Below the pieces are notes generated by a model. The model saw only the letters and a program-made list of their open reading frames with translations. It did no database searches and had not been told where the DNA came from. Positions 44,301-56,900 of a stretch of DNA of 64,000 bases are shown in pieces. A program made the position numbers and the translations under genes. Position 1 is the stretch's first letter; the number at the start of each line of letters is the position of its first letter. Origin of the DNA: Curvularia clavata (Eukaryota); the NCBI GenBank assembly GCA_023920165.1, contig CP089275.1, positions 5,766,001 through 5,830,000 on the forward strand, in the 5' to 3' direction.

Positions 44301-46021
44301 ATAAAGGTGGCCCACTTGAACAAGCGCCATTGAGCCTTCAGTTCCTTGTTACGCGTGGTCATGATAATCTTCTGCCACTGCGGCTCAATGGCGGACAGCT
44401 TGATCTGACGGATGCCGTGCAAGGCCTCGGTGACGACGTGGGCCTTTTCGTCCCGGATCATCATGACGGCCTCAGCGGCATTGGAGTATCCTCGAGTGGC
44501 CACCTGATTGAGAGGCTGGAAGACGAGGGGCACGGCGAAACCCACTAGGGTACTCACCCACCCGATCAAGTTGACAAGGAAAACGGAAGCGATGATGATC
44601 TTGAGAAGACTGGCGGGGATGAGCACATTGTAACCGGCAAAATCGGAGACACGCTGCACATCCACACCCAGCAGGTTGACCGCGCCCTGGGCGTCTTCGT
44701 CAGAATCCTCCTTGGGCGACGAGTCGTCGTCGTCTCCGTCGTCTCCGTTGGCGGCATGGGTATGGGCATTGGCACTCGCACGCTCATCCTTGGTCATCAA
44801 TGCCTCCATCTCGTAGCCGTCGTCTTCACCAATACCCGAGTCGCCGTCGCTGCTTTTGCGCGAAGACTTGGTCGAGGCCGACGAGGCGGAATTGGAAGCA
44901 GCCGTCTTGACATCTTTGAGGCGCATGGATTTGTCGTAGATGAGGGCCGAGAGCTGAGAGCGAATCGGGGTAGCGAGCAGAGCAAAGTTGACCCATTCCA
45001 GCCACGACTCGGTGAACAGATGGGCAATTTTGAAGACGACCAGGCCGCCCGCCCACAGCCATAGCTGGCGCACGTCGGGCTCGTCTGTAGCCTTGCGTTC
45101 GAGCAGTGTGAGGAGCTTGAACAGGGCGGCCTGGGGCCCGACCAGCAGCACGCTCTCGAGGGCAGCGAGGCTCCACTGGACGGTGATGGCGTGGCGATGG
45201 TCGGCGATGACGCTGCGCCAGAGGGGGCGGGCCGAGGGCTGGAAGCATGGGGGAAACCGGTGGCGCAAATGGCGGGTCAGGTACTGGCGGGTGAGGGCGG
45301 GCAGGTCATGAACCTCGAGCAGCTGGTTAGGGTTGTTGCGCACGCGGTCCAGCAGCGGCCGCGTCCACGCGAACGAGTGCTTGGACAGGGCTGACACAGC
45401 GTGCTGGGCGTCGACGCGGGCGGCGTCGAGCGTGGCGCGTGGCAGCGACAGGGCCGCCGTGGCCGCCAGCGCGGCCCCGCCCGCGGCTACTCCCGTCACC
45501 ATGAGCAGCAGGTGCGGGCTGGCCGCCGCCTTGGCCCGCAGCGCCAAGACTCCGCCCGCTAGGCAGAGGGCGCCGCTCGACGCTGCCAAGCGGCAGCCGG
45601 TGCGGAAACGACGATGGCCGCTCTTCTCACCCACCAGCCGCGCCGCCTGTAGCGCCGCCAGGGCCCAGCCCGCCACCAGCACGACGGCGCCCATGCTGAA
45701 GGCGAGCCTCAGCACCACGACCGACGCCAGCAGCCCCGTCGCTGTGCCCACGGCGGCCAGGTACGTGTATGCGCGGCCCTCTTTCACCGTCGCCTCGTCG
45801 TCGTCGCTGTCCATCTCGCCCTCCAACTCGGCGTCGTCCACCTCTCCCGACCACGGCCCCCGTGCATCATCGTCCTCTTCGTCCCCTGCGAGCGAAGCAT
45901 ACCTTGCCTGCTCCGCATTCTTTGTCTTCTTCTTCTTCCGGTCCCGCAATGTGAACCAGGTCGACGCAGCTGCTACCGCGACACTGACCCACGTCACCGC
46001 TGTCGTCGTGCTATCTGCCAT
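41375..46021 (-). CDS. ABC transporter, ABCC/MRP type (1548 aa, apparently intronless)
   Basis: NBD1 GKTGSGKS / LSGGQ / ILVLDD and NBD2 GRTGSGKS / LSQGQ / VLDEATS, with two TM regions. Divergent from the NRPS. Confidence 0.95.
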   Translation of the reverse strand: MADSTTTAVTWVSVAVAAASTWFTLRDRKKKKTKNAEQARYASLAGDEEDDDARGPWSGEVDDAELEGEMDSDDDEATVKEGRAYTYLAAVGTATGLLASVVVLRLAFSMGAVVLVAGWALAALQAARLVGEKSGHRRFRTGCRLAASSGALCLAGGVLALRAKAAASPHLLLMVTGVAAGGAALAATAALSLPRATLDAARVDAQHAVSALSKHSFAWTRPLLDRVRNNPNQLLEVHDLPALTRQYLTRHLRHRFPPCFQPSARPLWRSVIADHRHAITVQWSLAALESVLLVGPQAALFKLLTLLERKATDEPDVRQLWLWAGGLVVFKIAHLFTESWLEWVNFALLATPIRSQLSALIYDKSMRLKDVKTAASNSASSASTKSSRKSSDGDSGIGEDDGYEMEALMTKDERASANAHTHAANGDDGDDDDSSPKEDSDEDAQGAVNLLGVDVQRVSDFAGYNVLIPASLLKIIIASVFLVNLIGWVSTLVGFAVPLVFQPLNQVATRGYSNAAEAVMMIRDEKAHVVTEALHGIRQIKLSAIEPQWQKIIMTTRNKELKAQWRLFKWATFMTFTWLSMPILLGAAALGAYAWINGSVTPAIAFTALSVFSSLEWTLSVVPTTITELLDAKVSLSRIEQHLKQPNERKPPQSGDCVAFEHATISWPSQNEAEGSFRLRDINLRFPNNEFSVVHGKTGSGKSLLLAAILGEADIISGSVSAPRPPSSHHHAPIAISQHDWIVPSLMGFVAQIPWIENASLKDNVLFGLPYVRSRYRKVLDACALTKDLDMLPDGEDTEIGASGINLSGGQRWRVTLARALYSRAGILVLDDIFSAVDAHVGQHILNHALHGDLMQGRTRILVTHHVGLVSSLANYIVELGEGGVRRATRHTPTLKSLGHVSSQTAASDNAKAALNDVELDDTKKADAPMKFVQDEFREKGRVRLNVFKVYMGSSGGTKYWTLVISIYVVSALSMLGRSYWVKHWTQKDLAKAQSSPDADHRGIKYYLAVYIVLSALAALLIAVKSLMVLRASIRASRKLFETITHTVLRAPLRWLDTVPTGRIMNRFVSDFALVDSRLAGDFNWAFHGFLIIITIIGSALFVSLMMIAPIAIFAVVSLYYANVYLEGVRDIKRLESNAKSPIFELLGSSLAGLATVRSFGKVDEYMDRMFDRIDDYGRTTWHLLLASRWMSFRQGLSGSIFTFVVAAVVISIDGISASLAGFTLGFVLDYSYIAIETISRYTSFELDMNSAERVVEYTEMKTEDPSGNPVEHDWPREGRLEVRNLNAKYAPELPLVLKGLSFSIAARQRVGVVGRTGSGKSSLSLAIFRVLEAEKGSIMVDGVDISKIRLSDLRSRLAIIPQDPVLFSGTLRSNLDPFDKHSDGELKDALRRVHLIDSDLDDDEDEDVPGSNVNIFRNLQSQIARGGLNLSQGQRQLLCLARAMVLRPRIMVLDEATSAVDMATDQKIQRSIRDEFKDSTLIVIAHRLSTIADFDKVLVMDDGRGECDTPARLMKSNAAFRDMLAKSGERDVIEQMILGGSGRNKLK

Positions 46022-46917
46022 GGTGATTGACCACGAGATAGAGATGAAGAGGGAGAGAGCGTGTGTGCGTGTGTGCGTGTGTTGATGTTGGCGTACGGGC
46101 TAATACCGTGCTGCCATAAGCAGCTCTACTGCCCCTTCACGCAATCTGCTGGCCCGCACGTCCAGATAAACAGCCAGCAAGCCGTGCTATGCTGGATTGG
46201 GCAAAGAAAGCGAAAATAACGGCTCCGTTCGCTATTTCATGTCATCATCAATAGTCGGTCGGATCCAGGGTTGGAGCGAGACAGACAAGCGCCGCTCACC
46301 TGGATACTCACCTGTTTCTTAGCTGTTTCCACGTCACTATGTTTGATGTACCAAAAAGCAGACGGGTATGAGGAGCCAAAGGGGTTGCACCTTCCCTTCA
46401 GTGCGAATAATTACGCGAGAGCGAGCATGCTAGTCCTAGCTAGTGACCTGTCATCAACGCTGCTGACAGCCCATGGACTTGATGACTGAATCTTCAGTTT
46501 GGGCAACGCATCCTCTATCAATGCCTCGCCACGTGATCAGGGCAGCTCCTTCCTGCACCAGACCCAGATACCCATGGCGTGGCCCTGTGCACAATTCATA
46601 CCCTTCTTTTGGCTGACCAGTTATCCATTGTAAACGTGCCTCTATCGGTTCCAGCATGCTCTGCATAACCCCCCCTTAGCCTGCTCCTATTCAACGCTTG
46701 CTTGCATCCATCCCAACACCTCGTTGGAATTCATATGACTTTTTGATGCATCCTCCATTGTTGAAGATTTGAGTATCGAAACCGGGCCATGTCCAGCAAA
46801 ACCAACCTTTCTTGAATCTTTACCCAAAACGAGACGAAGAAACGAAACGTTATTTGCCCTCTCTGAAATACCACTAACCTAGACAGACGGTAGACTCACC
46901 ACCTTGCATAGACGACC

Positions 46918-47927
46918 ATGTCGACTCCTCCTAACACGAACGATGCCCCCGGGCAGTTGACCACCGCCGACATCGAGCAGATCAAGGCATGGAACAGCAA
47001 CCGTGAAACAGAAACCTTGCATCTCTGTCTTCACGACGTCTTGCACCAGCAAGCCGTCAGGACCCCCTCTCGCCCTGCCTTATGTTCATGGGACGGCGAC
47101 ATGGACTATGCACACCTTGACCAGCTCAGCACTCGCCTAGCTCACTGGCTCGTGTCCGACCGAGGCCTCAAGGTCGAGGACATCGTGGCATTTACCTTTG
47201 AGAAATCTTCAGTAGCCGTCGTCACCATGATTGCTGTCATGAAGGCGGGAGGTGTCGTTATGCCCCTGGACCCCCGTATGCCTCAGGGTGCTTGGCACGA
47301 AAGAATCCATCAGTTCGACGCTAAGACGGCAGTGACTTCGTCCACCTTCGCCAGTCGCTTCCCCAGCAGCATCTCAGGAAGATGCTTTATCATTGACGCC
47401 GACTTCCTCGAGACTCTCCCCGACCTGACCCATCAGCCGTGCTCCGACGTCCGCCCACACAACGGAGCGCTCCTAGCCTTCACCTCGGGCAGCACGGGTA
47501 AACCAAAGGGTATTCTCCAAGAGCACTATGCCTTGAGCACTAGCTGTCGTGATCATGGCGCCGCCATGAGAATCACCTCTGAGTCCCGGACCTATCAGTT
47601 CTCCAGCTATGCCTTTGACACCGCCGTTGGCGACATGTTTTGCACCTTTTTAGTTGGCGGCTGTGTGTGCCTTCCATCCGATACGGATCGAGTCAACAAC
47701 CTCGCTGCATCTATCACCCAGTTGGGAGCCAACCTGGCATGCCTGACCCCTAGCGCCGCCGATTCGCTAAGTCCAGAGGAGGTACCGACACTCAAGGTAC
47801 TCTGCCTCGGAGGCGAAACATTGACGGAGCGCCTTGTCAAAAAATGGGCTTCTGTTGTCCAGCTCATCAACATTTACGGAGTGACCGAATGCGTAAGTAG
47901 CCCTAATCCCCCTCCCCAACGCACACA

Positions 47928-47977
<50 letters not shown>

Positions 47978-50900
47978 CACACAAGATGTATAAGACCAGG
48001 CGATAACCCAGAATAGATCATCTGGTGCGTGGCCACTGAACCCATTCGCCCTGGAGATAAGCCGAGCAACATCGGCCGGGCCGCGTGTGGTACCACCTGG
48101 ATCGTGGATCAAGCAGATCACACTAAGCTGGTTCCCATCGGAGAGGTTGGCGAACTTCTTATTCAAGGGCCAAATATGGCCAGGCACTACGTTCAGAACC
48201 CACAGGCCACAGAAAAAGCTTTTGTATATCTGCCGCCATTCCTCAGCAGCGCCGATACTGATTCATTGTGTCGCTTCTATCGCACAGGTGATCTCGCAAA
48301 GTATGCAAGCGATGGGAGCATTGAGTACCTTGGTCGACGAGACACGCAGGTCAAGTTTGCAGGCCAAAGAATTGATCTATCCTACATCGAGTACCACATG
48401 GAGAAATGTGTTCCCAGCCATGTCGAGGTTTGTGTCGTAGTCGCTGCTCACCAGCGCGTCTTGGCTGGGTTTCTGGCCGATAATCGTTCAGCTTCCGAAT
48501 ACAACCCTTCAGACATCAAGGCTCAACTATCGCATCAACTTCCGTCTTATATGGTTCCGGGTATCATCATCCCTCTCAGCCGGATGCCAACTACCGCTAC
48601 TGGCAAACTGGATCGCCAAAGGCTAAGTAAGATGGCCTCTGAGTCCATGACTAACATGCCACTAGCACTTGCTACACGACAATGCTCCGAAGCTGAAGAA
48701 TCATTGCGCAATCTCTGGGCTTCAGCACTGGATGTGTCACCAACAGTGCTCCATCCTCAATCCATCTTCCTTCAATATGGTGACTCCGTCTCCGCCATAA
48801 AGCTGTCCAGTCTCGCTCGTAAATCAGGCATTGCTCTTGACATGGCAACTATCTTTATGCATCCAACCCTTTCTGATATGGCTCTTCACCTCGAATCAGC
48901 CGCAACCAACATGCTCGAAGTTACTGCTTTCAGCCTTATCGAGCCTGAAACGCTGAACATGGCCGTGCGTGAAGCCGCTTTGCAGTGTGGTCTTGGTGTG
49001 GAAGATATTGAAGATTTATATCCATGTACCCCGCTGCAAGAAGGCTTGATGGCTTTGTCGATGAAGCAAAAGGGAGAATACATTTCCCGATACATTCTAC
49101 CCCTCAACCCTTCTGTTGATTTGTCGACGCTCAAGAGCGCCTGGAAAACGGTTATAGATTACAACCCCATCCTTCGCACCAGATTAGTGCAGTTCAACAA
49201 CCAGACCCTACAAGCAGTCATCGCCTCTCAATTCGACTGGACTATCGAAAAAGATCTTGAGGCCTACCTGAAAACAGACTTTGCGATACGTTCAGGATAT
49301 GGAGAGGCTTTGATCAGCTCTGCTCTGGTACAGAATGCAGGAGACTGTGTTTTAGTACTCACCATGCATCACTCCATCTATGATGGATGGTCTATCTATC
49401 GAATTCAAGAACAGATTGAAAAAGCCTATCGGGGTCAATTACAGCAGCCTTCGATACATTTCCGCTCGTTCATCAGCAGTCTTCTCTCCAGTAACCAGGA
49501 GTCTTCGGCATCATACTGGCGAGGGCAGCTTCAAGACGCTCCAGACATCGCATTTCCTCCTATATCGTCCTCCAATCGAACCCCATCTGCCAACAGTGTC
49601 CAAGCTCACAACTTCGTATTGCCGGTAGTGCCCACGTCAGAAATCACAACTTCTACATTTGTTCGTGCAGCATGGGCAATCCTGATATCGCAGCACTGCC
49701 TTTCAGATGATGTCGTCATTGGCACTACACTATCCGGCCGATCTATGCCGCTTGCTGGAATCAACGAACTTGTGGGTCCTACCATTACGACTTTACCGGT
49801 TCGAATAAGGTTGTTGGGCTCGCAAATGGTAGAGAGCTTTTTGCGCCAGCTGCAAGATCAGGCGACGGACATGATTCCTCATGAGCACTTTGGCCTCCGC
49901 AACATTCGCAAACTGGGTCCTGATATAGAAGCTGCCAGCAACTTCCAGAGTCTGCTCATTCTTCAACCTCCGGTCAGTCTTGTGGAAGGCGATGTGTTTG
50001 AACAGAGAGACATAGAGATGATAGAGCAGACTGGAACGTTTGTTCTGACTCTGCAAGTACGTCTCGAGGGCCAACAAGTTGAACTTGTTGGAAACTTTGA
50101 CGAGACCATGTTAGATGGTCGTTATGTCTCCTGGCTACTGCACCAAATGGAACACATCATGAAGCAGCTTTATGAGAACCCATTTACGCTCCTGCAAGAC
50201 ATCAAGGCCTTTTGTCCTAATGATGAGACACAGATTGCCCAATGGCTGCCAGACATGGACTTTGTGGACCGCTGTGTTCAAGACGTTTTTGCAGACCGAG
50301 TACAGGAGACGCCAGATTCATGCGCAATATTTGCCTGGGATGGCGAGGTGACGTACAAAGAACTGGACGATATGTCAAACCGGCTCGCCTGGCATATTTA
50401 TGGACTAGGTATCCGACCTGGAGATCGTGTTCCTCTCCTTTTTGAGAAGTCGCTTTGGACACAGATTGCCCTATTTGGAGTCATCAAAGCCGGTGCAACG
50501 TTTGTCTTGATCGATCCAGACCACCCATCTATCCGAATTCAGGGAATATTTGATGACGTGGAAGCCAAACTCACGCTCAGCTCTGTTCAGTATGAGAGTG
50601 CGTCTCATGGTTTTGGGGTCTCTGTTCTTGTAGTCGATAAGTCATTGATAGAGCAATTGCCCAGCATGGAAGGCAAATTGCCCGTGGAAATATCGCCAAG
50701 ACAAGAGCTTTACATCCACTTTTCCTCGGGCACGACTGGGAAACCCAAGGGCTCTATTATCGAGCACTGCTCGTATTCATCTTCGGCAGCTGCCACATGC
50801 AAGGCCACGGAATTTTACCCCGGCCCAGAGAGCGCAAATAGGGTACTTCACTTTGCATCTCACTCATATGATATGTGCATTGAAGAGATTCTTGCGACTC

Positions 50901-53900
50901 TTATGCATGGTGGCGTTCTCTGCATTCCTTCCGATTTCGAGAGGAACAACGACGTCATCGGCTCCATCAACAAGTACAACTGCACGAGGGCGAACTTTAC
51001 CCCATCATTCGGGCGACTCATTGCGCCCTCTGACGTACCAGGCCTCCGTGTTGTGACCATCGGTGGTGAAGCCATAGCAGAGCAAGACATAGCCCACTGG
51101 AACGGAGTCAAACTATGTAAGTCCGAAAATGACTACTTTCCATGCCTTTTGCGATACACTAATCTATCATCAGTTAATGCGTACGGACCATCTGAGGCAG
51201 CCGTAACGTCTTGCGTCAAGGAATGGCCTACGATTAACAGTACCACCGACTTCAGGAGCATAGGTCATCCCATCGAGTCAGGACACTTCTTCCTTGTTGA
51301 GCCTGGTAACCATCACCAGCGAACTCCTTTGGGTGGCTTGGGCGAGATCGTCATCGATTCTCCCACAGTTGCGAGGCAGTACCTCAAGGAGGCTGAGAAG
51401 TCAAAGAAAGCCTTTGTCGATAGACCGGCGTGGCTATCCGGTGAGGGCACTCCAGCAGGTCGCAAGCTTTACAAGACGGGTGATATTGGACGCTACTCCG
51501 CCGACGGAGAGATCATATTCCTTGGACGTAGGGACACCCAGGTCAAGCTTCGCGGTCAGAGATTAGAGCTGTCCGAGGTCGAATACCATGTTTCCTCGCA
51601 ACTGGCAAGCGTTGATGAGGTGGTTGCGGACGTGATTACTATTGCGTCGCTACCGAATCCTGTTCTTGCTGCATTCATCCGTCTTGGTTCCAAGCAGTGT
51701 CAGGGCGACATGATCGATGAATTTGCCGCGTCTGGGCAAAGCTGGGTGGCACTCCAAGATCGAATTACGAACCATCTTGGAAAAGTGGTCCCAGGCTACA
51801 TGATTCCGACCGTCTTCTTCCCAATGCGGCGCATTCCACTGACAAACTCCCATAAGGTCGACCGCAAAGTGCTACGCGAAGCCTGTGTCAATCTCACTAC
51901 CGAACAGCTCGCATCTTTCTCGTCGACTCTAGAGAACAAGAGGGCTCCGACAACTCGACTAGAGTTGGCCATGAGCACAATATGGTCTGATATCTTGGGA
52001 ATAAACAAAGATTTGATTGGAGCAGAAGATAATTTTTTCCAGCTAGGAGGTGACTCTATAGATGCGATGAAATTGGTCGCCATTTGTCGTTCCCAGGGAC
52101 TGTCGTTGACAATGGCTACATCTTTTCAGCATCCGTGTCTTGCTGACATGTGTCTCGCGCTGACGGAGACGATTCAAGATTCTAGCAAGGATCTGGATGA
52201 AGTTGAACCATTTTCTCTCCTCTCAGAACACGAAACGGAAGCTTTACGGAAGGAAGCGGGTTTTCAGTGTTGTTTGAGCTTGGATCTCATTGAAGATATT
52301 TACCCAACGACACCACTCCAAGAGGGATTACTTGCTATCTCGGCCAAGCGACCGGGGATGGAGATGGCGCAGATGAGCTTTCCACTTGATGCTCAAGTCG
52401 ACGTTGAACGCCTGAAGATGGCTTGGGAGTCTGTCGTGCATCAAACTCCAATTCTTCGAACGAGAATGATTGCCACGAAGTCTGGGACTTTCCAGGTAGT
52501 TACTAACGAGCAGATTGAATGGATTTCAGCCAATAATCTACAAAAATACGTCAAACATGATCGGGAGATGCCTATGCTTAATGGGGACAAGCTATGTCGA
52601 CTAGCTATGATTACAGAAGCGGGCTCTGAAAAAGCACACATTTGCATCACGATGCATCACGCTCTATACGATGGCTGGTCATGGGCTCGATTGATTGAGT
52701 CCGTTGAAAAGGTCTATGCGGGCGTAACCATCACACCTTCGGTTCCATTCAACCATTTTGTCAGATTCCTCATGACGCTGAATCTGAATTCCAAGCGTGC
52801 AGCTAAGGAACACTGGTCAAGTGTCTTGGCCGGCACCAGTGCAGACATATTCCCCAAGCTGCCTGATGCCTTCTACTCCCCGCAATCAGATAGTTGCATC
52901 AAAAAGATGGTGTTGGGAAAGAATCTCTCACATGTCACCTTAGCTAACGTCATTCGTGCAGCTTGGGCCTTGCTCATCTCGCGTTATACCGAGAACTCGG
53001 ATGTCGTTTTTGGCTCTGTCGTCACCGGTCGCGACGCTCCAGTTGAGGGTATTGATGGTCTCGTAGGCCCTACTTTCACGACCATCCCTGTGCGCGTCCA
53101 GGTGGACGCAAACTTGACCATCGGAGCCTACCTTCAGCAGGTTCAAGCCCAAAGTGGTTCTACAGATTCTTTTGAACACATTGGTCTCCAGAGAATCAGA
53201 AACATCAACTCCGATACCAAGATCGCATGCAGCTTCCAGAATGTGTTGGTTGTGCAGCCAGAGGAGGAAGATGTTTCCCAGCAGGGAATTCTCAACGAAC
53301 GACAAGATCTAGATGAGATGGGTACTTTCAACAATTACGGACTCATGCTGGAATGCACACCAAGTCGTGATGGCATCCATATCAATGCCAGTTTTGACAG
53401 TAACATGGTCACAGAGTTCCAGATGAGTCGTATCTTAGATCAGCTAGCACATGTCCTCCGACAGCTTTTGAGCCGCGAAGAGAAGCAGCTTCGAGATGTG
53501 GACATGCTCTGCCCTGAAGACTACGAACTGATACGCCAGTGGAACCAAAAAACTCCCGAGATTCCCGAACAGTGCATGCACACTGCGATAAAGGTTCGAG
53601 CTGAACAACAGCCAAAGGCCGAAGCCGTGTGCGCGTGGGATGGCAGCTTCTCTTATGAAGAAGTAATGGCACTGTCTTCACGCCTTGCGACACATCTCCA
53701 CGAATTAGGAGCCCGACCAAACACAGTAATACCTATCGCGTTTGAAAAATCAAAATGGACCATCATCTCCATGATTGCCGTCTCAATGAGTGGTGCAGCA
53801 TTTGTTCTCCTAGACACTGCTCACTATGATCAGGAACGGCTCATCAGTCTATCAAGGGATGTTGATGCAGAAATAATCGTTGCCAGTCCCACTTATGCGC

Positions 53901-56900
53901 CTTACTACGACGAAAACTGGAAAAAGGTTGTTACCTTGTCGTCAGAATTTGTCCAGATGCTGCCTGCAGATTCGGGCCTCCCCGACCATCTCTATCATCA
54001 CGACAACTATTTCTGTGTCATGTTTACCTCCGGTAGCACGGGAAAACCAAAGGCAATCATTCACAGCCACGCTGGGTTATACGCCAGTTACGAAGCGTTT
54101 GGCTCGGCCCTTGTCCTGAACTCAGAAACCCGCGTTTTCCAGTTTGCTTCGAACTCCTTCGATCCTGCCATTATCGACCCCTTTTCTACATTAATGCATG
54201 GTGGATGCGTATGCATACCTTCAGAGAAAGAGCGTATCGATGACTTTTATGGCGCTTTCCATAGGCTGCAAGCAAATTGGGTGCATCTGACTCCATCTTT
54301 GGGACGCAGTTTGAATCCTGATAAGCTCCCCGGACTGAAAAATATTCTTCTAGGAGGTGAGCCGCTTATGCAGACGGAGCTGAACGTCTGGTCTGAGAAG
54401 GCTCATTTGATGTCTGCATACGGGCCGGCCGAATCCTCGTTATGCATCTCCGGTACACTCAAAAAAGGGGTGCGCTCGCCACCCAACTTGGGCTGGCCTG
54501 TTGCGTGTAGGGCCTGGGTCGTTGAAGTCTCAGACTATACAAAGCTAGCGCCTGTCGGAATGATTGGTCACCTCATTATAGAAGGACCAGTGAACGCCCT
54601 TTGCTACATGAACGATGCCGAGAAAACTGCTGCTGGTTTTATATCACCTCAACACGTCTGGATGCCCGAAGTCGCATCCCCAGTCAATCAACGAATGTTC
54701 CGAACGGGTGATCTAGTCAGATATACTCCGAATGGCACTGTCGAGTTTGTGGAAAGACGAGACACACAGATCAAACTTCGAGGTCAGCGCATCGAGCTCA
54801 GCGAAGTGGAGTTCCATCTCAAAGAAGCATTGAAGCAAAGCGGCTATGACGTAGAGAGCATTGTTGCCAAGATAACACCTTCCGAGTCCAGCTCACTTCT
54901 AGCCGCCTTCATTGAGAGTCATGAACTGTCAACCGGCTGTCAAGAGAAGAATGATGATATCATCGGCCAACTTCTGGAGTCAGTGACTGTACACATGAAA
55001 TCAAAGCTGGTAGCTTACAAGATCCCAACCGTGCTGATACCGGTGGCAACTATACCTCGCACCCCGTCTCAGAAGATTGACCGTAAAGAGTTGCTAAGAA
55101 TAGCTTCCAAGTTATCAGAAAAGGAAATCGCCTCACGCACTTGCTCGAGCCGCGTTGGACGAGCCCCGATCACCGAAGCGGAAAAGCACATTTGTTCGCT
55201 CTTTGCGCGTGTCCTGGAGCTTCGTGAAGAACAAGTCTTTGCAGATGACATGTTCTCACGACTGGGCGGCGATTCCATCCAAGGCATGCGATTAGTAGCT
55301 TTGGCAAGAGAAGAAGGAGTCGTTATAACTGTATCTCAATTATTTTCCTCATCCAGTGTAACGGAGCTGGCGAGTCAGCTTCCTTCTCCTGCGGCCACCT
55401 TCGTCGAGCACCAGCAACCTGCTTCACGTCAGTCCGCATTGTTCCATCTTGCAGCGGACCAGTGCAATGTCAGCACAAATTGCATCGAAGATGTATACCC
55501 GTGCACACCACTTCAAGAAGGACTCATGTCGCTATCTCTTGAGAAAGACAATGCCTACGTCGCTCATAATGTCTTCCAACTGCCACCTGACGTGGAGGTT
55601 GAACGATTGAAACAGGCTTGGGCTGAAGTGTCGGCCAGGAATCCCATTTTGCGCATGCGAATGATTTCCCTGCAAGGCAGATCGCTCCTAGTCGTCGTGC
55701 AGGAAGAGTTCTCCTGGCGGACTGGAAATTCTCTTAAAGACGGTATAGATGAAGAGAAACGGCTTACAATGGGGCTCGGCTCACCCCTCAATCACTTCTG
55801 CCTGGTTGGCTCTGACGAGGGAAATTTCCTACTTTGGACCTCCCATCACTCCACATACGATGGCTGGTCAATGAAACTCTTAATTGATCAAGTTGGAGCT
55901 GCCTATCACGGCCGCACACTCCCTATGAGTACGGCTTTCAGAAACTTTGCCTTGGATCTCGAATCACGTCATTTAGATTCCAGTGCTTTCTGGGCCCGTA
56001 TGACGAACGTCAGCCCTATCCAGACATTCCCCGAGAAGCCTTTACCAGGCGTTCGCCCAAAGGCCAATCTGACAGCAAGCCGGCAGTTCAATCTAAACAG
56101 GAGAACAGGCTCACCGATAACGACTTCGGTCATTTTGCGCGCAGCATGGGCACTCACTCTACGCCAACATGTAAGTTTATCTTGAAACTCACATCTCATT
56201 TGATTAAAATCTTTCTGACATGCTAACCCACACCTTCAGTGCGACGCGGGTGCTGTCTCCTTTGGTACAGTCTCCTTTGGGCGGAACAGCGATTTCCCTG
56301 GCATTGAAGGGATCGTCGGGCCCACATTCTGCACATACCCTGTCATCACACAGGTAGAACCAAACCTCTCCGTTCTCTCCTTCCTTGAGGCGCAACAGGC
56401 AGCATGGTTAGAGGCTCTTCCACATGAACACTTTGGTCTCCAGAATATCGCAAAATTGAACAATTTCTGTAAAGAGGCTTGCGATTTCCAAAACCTCCTA
56501 CTCATACAGCCAAAGCAACTGCGGGAGGCAGAGTCCACGGACGTCATGGGTACCTGGTTGCAATCGACAGAATATTCGGAATTTTTCTCCTATCCGCTCA
56601 CCATCGAATGTTCACTGAGCGAGACCGGTTGCGATGTCCTTGCTGGTTGGGATGAAGATCTCATCGAGAAGAATGTCGTGGAGAATATGCTGTCACAATT
56701 CGATAGTATGGTCCAACAGCTGTTGACCGAAGAACCCACACAAACTATTGGGCAGCTCGACATGCTCGGTGCCAGTGGCCTTGAGCAAATTAGGAGCTGG
56801 AACAAGTTGTGTATTGAGTTACAAGCGCCTTACACCGAGGAGAACGACATGCCTGTGCACATACGCATAGCAAAACGAGCGCAGGAAAATCCACATGCCG

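Noticed and set aside
41733..46085. Long antisense ORFs over the ABC gene (and similar ones over FDC1, P5CR and the NRPS)
   Set aside because: They are shadow ORFs caused by GC-rich codon usage on the coding strand.
47893..48006. Poly-(His-Thr) tail on the first NRPS ORF
   Set aside because: It is a translation of an intronic CA microsatellite.
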